Assembly (NCBI GenBank): GCA_045586995.1
Contig: JAZNBI010000017.1
Coordinates: forward strand, 1-43,269
From: Eubacteriales bacterium
GTDB lineage: Bacteria; Bacillota; Clostridia; Oscillospirales; CAG-272
Length of the DNA: 43,269 nt
Direction: 5' to 3'
The notes under the pieces are model-generated. The model was given only the letters and a program-made list of their open reading frames with translations. It did no database searches and had not been told where the DNA came from. Shown here in pieces: positions 1-6,731 of the stretch (position 1 is its first letter; every line of letters begins with the position of its first letter). The position numbers and the translations under genes were made by a program.

Positions 1-155
1 TTGCATTCCTCGTTAAATTTTCTGATTTTCTCGTCTTCCACTTCGAATAACACACGAATGAAAATCTCGCGGTTCTCTTTTGACATACCCGTAAAAAAAT
101 CATCATCTTCTGTATTTTCATCATATTGATTTGTTATTTTATCGTAATCTTTCAT
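1..155 (-). CDS. hypothetical protein, 5' part only (runs off left edge; MKDYDKITNQYDENTEDDDFF...)
   Basis: ATG at complement(153..155) preceded by GGGGA. The frame stays open to position 1. It is below the ORF-track size cutoff and has no recognisable motif. Confidence 0.3.
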   Translation of the reverse strand, partial: MKDYDKITNQYDENTEDDDFFTGMSKENREIFIRVLFEVEDEKIRKFNEEC

Positions 156-186
156 TTTTCCCCATATATCGGTGAACTGCTTAAAG

Positions 187-219
187 ATAAAAAAAGGTGC
201 GCAACCGAAGCCACGCACC
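187..219 (-). terminator. intrinsic terminator (GGUGCG..UUCG tetraloop..CGCACC + U6)
   Basis: On the minus strand the stem 219..196 encloses a cUUCGg loop and is followed by TTTTTTAT (195..187). Confidence 0.6.
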
Positions 220-396
220 GAAAAACGCGAACTCCGATTGCCGCTACGCAAACTTAAATAGATCAAGTATAAACTGTAATACTACTTAATGGATTTCGCA
301 TTTTTGCCAAATTTAAAAATAGTATTACAGAAAAAAGGTACAGTATTCCCTTGGTTGGGAATATATCCGATCTGCATAATATTAAGTTTGCGTAGC
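188..396 (-). ncRNA. candidate ~210-nt structured small RNA (class unknown)
   Basis: It lies between a consensus promoter (403..431) and the terminator (187..219). A 15-bp closing helix pairs 243-257 with 382-396. Nested inside are an 11-bp helix (CTGTAATACTA/TAGTATTACAG) and a 7-bp hairpin (TATTCCC/GGGAATA). There is no RBS-led ORF. Confidence 0.35.
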
Positions 397-402
397 TTGA
401 TT

Positions 403-431
403 ATTATACCACAGTTTTTGAGTTTTGTAAA
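403..431 (-). promoter_or_regulatory. sigma-A type promoter TTTACA-17-TGgTATAAT
   Basis: Reverse complement: -35 TTTACA (431..426), 17-nt spacer, extended -10 TGGTATAAT (411..403). Confidence 0.5.
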
Positions 432-528
432 CACATTTCGTAAATTTTAAAAAACACCTCCCGAAAAACGAACAAACCCAAGAATATCGTTTTTCTTGAC
501 AAGAACTGATTTAGTTAAAGACAACAAA

Positions 529-627
529 CGGGAGGAGCAAGCCCCTCCCCTACGATGTAAGGGGGATGTTTGCGAAGAAAGGAATGTATTTCACCGTTTG
601 CGGTAGGGGAGGGGCTTGCTCCTCCCG
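529..627. repeat. perfect 25-bp inverted repeat (CGGGAGGAGCAAGCCCCTCCCCTAC) with 49-nt spacer, then T-rich tract
   Basis: Arms 529-553 and 603-627 are exact reverse complements. Each arm is also internally self-complementary (GGGAGG/CCTCCC). Confidence 0.85.
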
Positions 628-873
628 TGTTTTATTTTTTAATTTAATTAACAAGCATAGCAAACGTGGCTACACACGATTGTGTTTTTATGTAAACGGA
701 CAGGAAGCGCACAGTCATAAAAACAATATTGTTTATCCGTGGGGACGTTCTGTGAACGCCCGCAAAGCAATGAATGTTCTCATCGCAAGGCGGGCGAATA
801 CTGTTCGCCCCTACAAATAAAATTTGGTAGATAGACAATATCTTTGCCAATTTATGTAACGGCAGGATTTTTT

Positions 874-983
874 CATAAAGTGCATACTTTTAAAACACGT
901 ATTGAAAAGCGCTTCGGAATATGATATAATAAAAAGCGTCGAAACAAGGTCTTGTAAATTAAGACTTTTCAACGCTTTTTGTG
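874..983 (+). repeat. 110-bp unit, copy 1 (promoter + long hairpin); paralog of 15248-15357
   Basis: It aligns by eye with 15248-15357 at roughly 85-90 percent identity. Several differences in the hairpin stem preserve base pairing. Confidence 0.8.
902..930 (+). promoter_or_regulatory. sigma-A type promoter TTGAAA-17-TGaTATAAT
   Basis: -35 at 902-907, 17-nt spacer, extended -10 at 922-930. It is conserved in the second copy (15276-15304). Confidence 0.5.
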
Positions 984-1148
984 TGTTGGTAGCTTTTGCG
1001 GCGCTTGGTAATGTGCAGGTGTACGCACCTTTACTTCTTCACTTTTCACTATTACCTATTACTTAAATTCCGTGCGCTGATTTAGTTAAAAGTGAATAGT
1101 GAAGAGGTAATAAGTAAAAATTCCGCACGCTCTCGCGCACGGAATTTT

Positions 1149-1192
1149 TGGCACCCGCAACGGGAATCGAACCCATAACTAACCCTTAGGAG
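1149..1192 (-). pseudogene. orphan 3' half of a tRNA-Arg(CCU) gene (anticodon loop to CCA); island attachment-site repeat
   Basis: 41 of 44 positions are identical to 15356-15399. There is no tRNA 5' half beside it. Its acceptor 3' strand TGCGGGT pairs with the orphan 5' half at 15493-15533. Confidence 0.8.
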
Positions 1193-1454
1193 TATGATTG
1201 AGGCGATTTCAGTCACCTTTATATAGCTTTAACAAATCCCCGTTAATCCCTTGTAATATAAGGAGTTAACGGGGATTACTTGTTAAGTGTTCACTTTTAG
1301 TGTTATTTAGTTTTTACCATATTCATTTTTTCTTTTGTAGGCAAAAATGTTGGCAAATGTTTTTGTTTATCAAAAATGAATATAGAAATTGATATACAAT
1401 GCATTTACTTAGATTAATTTATATTTAATTAGTCCCCATTTTAAGGAAAAAGTC

Positions 1455-1483
1455 TTGAATTTTTCAGTCGAATATGGTAAAAT
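1455..1483 (+). promoter_or_regulatory. promoter TTGAAT-17-TGgTAAAAT for the TM/GTPase operon
   Basis: -35 at 1455-1460, 17-nt spacer, extended -10 at 1475-1483. It lies about 30 nt upstream of the AAGGAGG RBS. Confidence 0.55.
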
Positions 1484-1511
1484 AATGTTGACAGTATAAG
1501 GAGGTAATTTC

Positions 1512-1742
1512 ATGGTACCCTTTGATCATAATGAAAAAAACAGACATGAATGGTTAAAAAAAGAAAAAATGCTACGCAAAACTATTATATCGATTATTTT
1601 AATTACTATTTTGCTTGTTGCAATCATTATCTGTGATGTTTTTCTTTTTCAATCTGTAATTCTGAGTATTATCTCTGCCTGTGGTTCGATTGCTTCAGTT
1701 GTAGGAATAATACTTCAACTGAAAAACAAATCTAAAGATTGA
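1512..1742 (+). CDS. small membrane protein, 76 aa, two predicted TM helices
   Basis: AAGGAGG RBS 7 nt upstream. Two hydrophobic stretches (IISIILITILLVAIIICDVFLF and VILSIISACGSIASVVGIIL). It is the first gene of a three-gene operon. Confidence 0.7.
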   Translation: MVPFDHNEKNRHEWLKKEKMLRKTIISIILITILLVAIIICDVFLFQSVILSIISACGSIASVVGIILQLKNKSKD

Positions 1743-1754
1743 TGGGAGGTTTTT

Positions 1755-2771
1755 ATGAAAATTACAATGTTGGGATTTACTTCCAGTGGAAAAACTACAT
1801 ATCTTTCTGCATTATTGGGATTATTCTATCAAGGCTCAGTTGATGGATTTTCATTTCGTGTTCCAAATAATAGAAGCGCCGAGGTTAATAAAGTAATTGA
1901 CAGAATTGATACTCTTAACAAATTTGGCGTTTTCCCAGATGCCACCGTAGGTGATATTACAAAATTAAGTCTTGAATTATATAAAAACAATAATCATTTA
2001 ATTGATTTTGAGTTTATTGATTATAGAGGCGGTGCCTTAAATGATATTGCAAAAAATGAAAATACAGATGCTACAATAGAATTGGAGACAACCATTTTAG
2101 CTAGCGATGTAGTATTAGTTTTCGTCGATGCCGTAAAACTTAACGAATGCAGAAATGATAATGTTGCTAGAAACTATTTAGGAGTTTTACCGATAACTAC
2201 TGTTCTTTCGCGCGCTAAAGAAGAAGCTGCAAAATCTAACAAAAAAATTCGTATAGTTTTTGTTCTTACAAAAACAGATGCTAGTACACTTATAAACACA
2301 AGTATCCAAAGTTTGAAAACAAGAGTAAAATCTCTTTATTCTAATCTATATTTGCGTTTTGGGCAAGAAGCAGACGAATTCAAAATTTATGATATCGGAA
2401 CAGTTGGAAAACACTGTGTTCAAACCAACACTCAATGGAAGATTGAAAATGGTATTCGAACTCTAATTTGCGATAATCAAATAACGGACATGAACTTTAG
2501 ACCCTTTAATATTGCCGCAGTTTTTGCCCAAGCTTTATTAGAAAGTATTAACAATTCTGAATATAGTTCGGAAATACTTTCAAACCTGTTAATAGCCAAA
2601 GAATCTAATTTTGGGAAATTAAGGCAGTTGTTTGATATACTATTTAATAAGAGTTCTCGCCGATTAGAAATTCGAGATATAAAAGCAACTCTTGAAGAAA
2701 GCAGAAGAAACCTTGCAAGATTAAAATCTTACAATTTAGAGTTAATAAGAATTACACGAAGTGGGCGATAA
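1755..2771 (+). CDS. P-loop GTPase (TRAFAC-like: G1 GFTSSGKT, G3 DYRGG, G4 TKTD) with helical C-terminal tail
   Basis: GGGAGG RBS. The G motifs are in canonical order. There are no Era/Der/Obg-type accessory domains. Confidence 0.75.
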   Translation: MKITMLGFTSSGKTTYLSALLGLFYQGSVDGFSFRVPNNRSAEVNKVIDRIDTLNKFGVFPDATVGDITKLSLELYKNNNHLIDFEFIDYRGGALNDIAKNENTDATIELETTILASDVVLVFVDAVKLNECRNDNVARNYLGVLPITTVLSRAKEEAAKSNKKIRIVFVLTKTDASTLINTSIQSLKTRVKSLYSNLYLRFGQEADEFKIYDIGTVGKHCVQTNTQWKIENGIRTLICDNQITDMNFRPFNIAAVFAQALLESINNSEYSSEILSNLLIAKESNFGKLRQLFDILFNKSSRRLEIRDIKATLEESRRNLARLKSYNLELIRITRSGR

Positions 2772-2775
2772 TGAA

Positions 2776-3453
2776 ATGAAAAAAATTATTTCATCAAATA
2801 TTTTATTCACGCGAACTCTTCAACTCGATTATCGTTGGATATATTGGGATGAGAACATATCTGACATTGATAAGTATGTTTTTAATCAAGAAATTAAAAA
2901 GTTTGAAAATGATAAATTTTTTTTCCTACAAAACAATCATTTGTTTTGTAGGAAATTAACCAATGGAATTGCATTATACAAATTTTTTGATACACAAAAA
3001 TTTGATTCAAACATGAGAAAAATATATGCACTTTCTGGTTTTTTATTCTTAGGCAAACAATGTGATATAGCATATGATGTGTTAAGTTCCATTACGGCGG
3101 ATGCTTTTTTGAACCTTGAATGCAACAGTGAAGAGATATATGATAATACACAAAAGCAAAATAAATTTTCAGACTATCCAATACAATCGTTGTATAATAA
3201 GCTTTTTTTAGAGAATCAAACATCTTTATTGAACGTAAAAAAAGAGATAGAAATGTTTCTTATGTGTCATGAAAATAAGAATGGTTTTCTTATTTTTGAA
3301 AGGAATGAGCAATTGAACTTTTCCGAATTTGAAGATTTAGATTTATCTTCTCGAACAAACCAGCCAACATCAACTGCTACGGGCATCAAAGATAATAAAA
3401 AGAGTAAAGTATCCAAAAGAAAAAAGAAACGATTTTTTCTTTTAGGAAAATGA
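2776..3453 (+). CDS. hypothetical protein, 225 aa, Lys-rich C-terminus, no recognised domain
   Basis: The ATG is 4 nt after the GTPase stop (the track's GTG at 2761 overlaps that gene). It is the last gene before a 20-bp terminator hairpin. Confidence 0.65.
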   Translation: MKKIISSNILFTRTLQLDYRWIYWDENISDIDKYVFNQEIKKFENDKFFFLQNNHLFCRKLTNGIALYKFFDTQKFDSNMRKIYALSGFLFLGKQCDIAYDVLSSITADAFLNLECNSEEIYDNTQKQNKFSDYPIQSLYNKLFLENQTSLLNVKKEIEMFLMCHENKNGFLIFERNEQLNFSEFEDLDLSSRTNQPTSTATGIKDNKKSKVSKRKKKRFFLLGK

Positions 3454-3511
3454 ATAATAGAATTAAATAAGATTCTATGTTTTCAAAATGAATATTAAAT
3501 GAAATCAATAC

Positions 3512-3557
3512 AAAACACCTATTTGATATCTGGTTTTAGATATCAAATAGGTGTTTT
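3512..3557. terminator. bidirectional terminator, perfect 20-bp stem (AAAACACCTATTTGATATCT/AGATATCAAATAGGTGTTTT)
   Basis: It lies between convergent operons. The A/T runs that supply the U-tracts on both strands lie within the stem ends. Confidence 0.8.
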
Positions 3558-3603
3558 GGTTATTATTTTCTTTGGTGCTTTAATTGCTATTTTGGTTGTT
3601 TAA

Positions 3604-3939
3604 TTATTTCAATGTTGCTCCCGTAGCATCCACATTAATTTTTTGGGTCAAAATCATAATACCTTCTATAAGTCCCCAAATACTTCCTACTCCACAACAG
3701 AATACAGATAAAAGAATCTGTATAATAGCTTTAACGTGGAATCCGAGATAGAAGTTATGTACTCCGAAACCACCGAGGAAGATTCCCAACAATCCTGCAG
3801 TAACGCGCTTCTTAGCACCGACTCTTACATTTGCTTGGGGGGCAGCCGCCTCCGGCATAGGCTGCTTTTCTCCGCATTCATCACAGAAAACGGCAGAATC
3901 CTCTAATTCTACACCACATTTTACACATCTTTTACTCAT
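3604..3939 (-). CDS. zinc-ribbon + TM2-domain membrane protein (111 aa)
   Basis: N-terminal CVKCG...FCDECG zinc ribbon. TM2-like motif GIFLGGFGVHNFYLG. GAGAGG RBS. Confidence 0.75.
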   Translation of the reverse strand: MSKRCVKCGVELEDSAVFCDECGEKQPMPEAAAPQANVRVGAKKRVTAGLLGIFLGGFGVHNFYLGFHVKAIIQILLSVFCCGVGSIWGLIEGIMILTQKINVDATGATLK

Positions 3940-3954
3940 TGTTTTTTTTACCTC

Positions 3955-6252
3955 TCAATCGTTAATTTTTGTTCCGCATTTACTGCAAAATTTCTTTCCT
4001 TCTTTGATGATGCCACCGCACTTTTTGCATATAAGAGCCGAAGCTGTGTTTTCGGCTTTTTTATCTGTAAATGCTTTCTTTTTTGCGGTAGAGCTGTTTG
4101 TTGGTGTTCCACAGTGTTGACAGAATTTTTTTGTTGATATTATTTTTTGATGACAATTACTGCATTCAATCCAAACATCTTCACTTTCCTGCGTCGTAAT
4201 TTCTTGTGCGGTTGTCTTCGTTTTTTCTGACTCAGTAAAGCTATGACCGCATACTGTGCAGAATTTTGATGATGGCTTCAAATGGCTCTGGCATATAGGA
4301 CAAATTATAGATTCAACAAATGTGCCGTCAGACTGCATAAATCTATGACACTTAGGACAACTCAATTCGTTTGGCAACAGGTACGTGCCGCATATACAAA
4401 TAACGCTATCTTTATAAATTCGATCTATTTGGGTGAGTTTTTCTTTGTCAATATTTTGAATTGTGAATATAAGCTTAGTCAATAACTCAGCCATTTGGTT
4501 TTGAAGGTTGATTGACAAATTCATACCTAAAGTGAAACGATGTACCCGCTTATTATTAACATTACCTTCCGTACCGCACAATCCAGATATGGCATTTATA
4601 AAATGAAGTTCATATTTGTCTTGTCCTAAGCATTCAACAGATTTAATATTGTACAAGTCAAATATAACATTTTCCTTTGACATAAATGAGCCATTATAAA
4701 TTCTTATATTTTTATTTGTAATTACAAATCCCGATTTTCCATCTCGTTTTTCTGTAAGAACTCCAGACGGACGTCCATAAAATAGTATTATAACCTCATT
4801 TTCTGACAAGCCGCTATATTCTTTGACTAATGAATATTTATTTCGTATTCCATTATTGATTCTCTCAATTTCTATATAAGTGCGGAAATTACTCGGGTAG
4901 TTTGTATCACATAAAATCTGATTTAAATTGTCAAACAGTAAGTATGGCGTACGCAGAACAAATTCTTTTTCTATACGAGTTTCCAAGCTTTCTTTAAAAT
5001 GTTGCGATTTGTATATTTGACTACGTATCAATGTTAACGTGGCTTCACGATCGGATATATCACATTTATTGAATGCGGTATAGAAAATATCAATATCGTG
5101 GTGTACCGCTTGTGCTTCATCAATCGTATCATATGTTATACCTTCTACTGTTCGTTTGGATCTATCAACAAGCTCTAAGATGTCACAATATTTTTTATAA
5201 TATTTCGTAGTCGTATATGAAATTGTATGTGAATCACAAAATTCTTTGAGATTTTTTAATGCTTCCTTAATATCTTCCTCACATACAATCGCCGCCTTGA
5301 TAGGATTATTAGAAGAATTATAAGTGCCACAATACCTACTATCATTTTCTTCCGCAAAATCTTCGCAATATCTTGATATATATTCTTTTAATCCCGTATG
5401 GAAATCGACGGACATTCTTACCAAATCACCACTGTGATCTCCGTAATCAAACCAAATCTCTCGATATACGTCCTTATTGTATGGATCTAATTTTAATATT
5501 TCCAACAAAAAAGACAGCTTTTCTTTGATCGGAATAGCTCTAAGATTATTCATCATAGCTTTGGCTTTTGCGGCTTCTTCGTCAGAAACTGTGCGAAAAT
5601 CAAACGGACCTTCATCGCGCATTGATTCCATCAATGCAAATTGTACACATAATACTGTACATTTAGTACAATCAGATAATTCTGATTTATAATAATCATA
5701 AACCTTCGATTTTTGGCTTGATGCTGCAATAGAACTGCCGATATTTCCGAAAGCGTTAACCACACTGTGTCCAAGCCCAGAAACAGCATTCATTGCCCCT
5801 GCACCCATTGCTCCCTTGATTGCCCCACTCATTCCAAAGCCTCCGCCAACCCAACGTCCACGAGAGTCTTTTCGAGCACGCCGATAGTTTGCCGCTGCTT
5901 GCTGATCTCCTTCTATTTCTGCAATCTTATGCATCATTTCGGCACTCATATCGTCAAGATCATCAAAAACATCCGTCAAATATTTTTTCTTAAACAAAGT
6001 TCTATCAATTGAATAAATTTTATTGTTTGTTAAAGTTGAGATACATTCATCAAGCAGTGGCGAAAGAATCTTGTATTTTATTTCATCAAGATTTTGATAA
6101 ACAGCTTTACAACCATATTGCTCAGAATACCACTCTCTAAACTGACTTGGAATAGAATCAAAGAAGGGCAAAAACATATTTTCGATATATCTATAATTCT
6201 CCATATCAGTTTGAATGGTAATAGTCGTTCCGTGTATATCATAAGTTGTCAA
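3955..6252 (-). CDS. 765-aa protein: unknown N-terminal region, Gly/Ala glycine-zipper-like segment, PH-like segment, four C-terminal zinc ribbons
   Basis: TTG start with an AAAGGTGG RBS. It contains GGGFGMSGAIKGAMGAGAMNAVSGLG and four CxxC..CxxC units (CICG..CPKC, CPIC..CTVC, CSNC..CQHC, CKKC..CSKC). Confidence 0.7.
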   Translation of the reverse strand: MTTYDIHGTTITIQTDMENYRYIENMFLPFFDSIPSQFREWYSEQYGCKAVYQNLDEIKYKILSPLLDECISTLTNNKIYSIDRTLFKKKYLTDVFDDLDDMSAEMMHKIAEIEGDQQAAANYRRARKDSRGRWVGGGFGMSGAIKGAMGAGAMNAVSGLGHSVVNAFGNIGSSIAASSQKSKVYDYYKSELSDCTKCTVLCVQFALMESMRDEGPFDFRTVSDEEAAKAKAMMNNLRAIPIKEKLSFLLEILKLDPYNKDVYREIWFDYGDHSGDLVRMSVDFHTGLKEYISRYCEDFAEENDSRYCGTYNSSNNPIKAAIVCEEDIKEALKNLKEFCDSHTISYTTTKYYKKYCDILELVDRSKRTVEGITYDTIDEAQAVHHDIDIFYTAFNKCDISDREATLTLIRSQIYKSQHFKESLETRIEKEFVLRTPYLLFDNLNQILCDTNYPSNFRTYIEIERINNGIRNKYSLVKEYSGLSENEVIILFYGRPSGVLTEKRDGKSGFVITNKNIRIYNGSFMSKENVIFDLYNIKSVECLGQDKYELHFINAISGLCGTEGNVNNKRVHRFTLGMNLSINLQNQMAELLTKLIFTIQNIDKEKLTQIDRIYKDSVICICGTYLLPNELSCPKCHRFMQSDGTFVESIICPICQSHLKPSSKFCTVCGHSFTESEKTKTTAQEITTQESEDVWIECSNCHQKIISTKKFCQHCGTPTNSSTAKKKAFTDKKAENTASALICKKCGGIIKEGKKFCSKCGTKIND

Positions 6253-6324
6253 GATTATTTACCACCTTTCTAACGGACAAATACAAATAATGCACGTTTA
6301 ATTACATTTTTATATCTAACAGAT

Positions 6325-6353
6325 ATTATATCATATTTTTTCGCTCATGTCAA
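6325..6353 (-). promoter_or_regulatory. consensus promoter TTGACA-17-TGaTATAAT for the 765-aa/TM2 operon, back-to-back with the XRE promoter
   Basis: Reverse complement of 6325-6353. The plus-strand -10 TATAAT at 6371-6376 probably serves the XRE gene. Confidence 0.6.
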
Positions 6354-6400
6354 TATCTTTTCTTTTGGGGTATAATATTACTATGGAAAGAGGTGAAGAC

Positions 6401-6637
6401 ATGAAGCTGATATATGAATCGGAATATATGCAACTTGGGCTTAAAATTGCGTATTACAGAAAGCTACGGGGATTGACACAGGAGCAGTTGGCGGAGAAAA
6501 TCGACCGCACTCCCGCGTTTATCGGTCATGTCGAAGCACCGAACATCAATAAAGCGGTGTCTCTTGATACTCTATTCGATATCGCTCACGTTTTGGATAT
6601 TCCCGTATATAAATTCCTTATGTTTGACGAAACGTAA
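6401..6637 (+). CDS. XRE-family HTH transcriptional regulator (78 aa)
   Basis: HTH_3-like YYRKLRGLTQEQLAEKIDRTPAFIGHVE. GAAAGAGGTGA RBS before ATG 6401; the track start at 6347 lacks an RBS. Confidence 0.8.
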   Translation: MKLIYESEYMQLGLKIAYYRKLRGLTQEQLAEKIDRTPAFIGHVEAPNINKAVSLDTLFDIAHVLDIPVYKFLMFDET

Positions 6638-6686
6638 AAATCGTACTCCGAAAATCCTTGAATTACATACTATTTCTATGATATTA

Positions 6687-6720
6687 ACCTGTGGCTACGG
6701 TCACAGGTATTTTTTATTTT
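6687..6720 (+). terminator. intrinsic terminator (ACCTGTG/CACAGGT + T-run)
   Basis: 7-bp stem at 6687-6708 followed by ATTTTTTATTTTT. Confidence 0.6.
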
Positions 6721-6731
6721 TGGAGGATTTT

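Noticed and set aside
566-850. Track ORFs 566..820 (+) and 644..850 (-).
   Set aside because: They have no RBS. They overlap each other on opposite strands, run through the 25-bp hairpin and other secondary-structure elements, and have implausible composition. I treated the region as non-coding.
6528-6731. N-terminal extensions given by the ORF track. Examples: 6528 for the amidoligase, 7721 for the amidotransferase, 9468 for DUF3846, 16772 for rplU, 32049 for rpoB, 40503 for rpsG, 31862 for rpsT and 31457 for cysK.
   Set aside because: The extensions overlap upstream genes, terminators or promoters and lack RBSs. Internal starts with good RBSs reproduce canonical protein N-termini.
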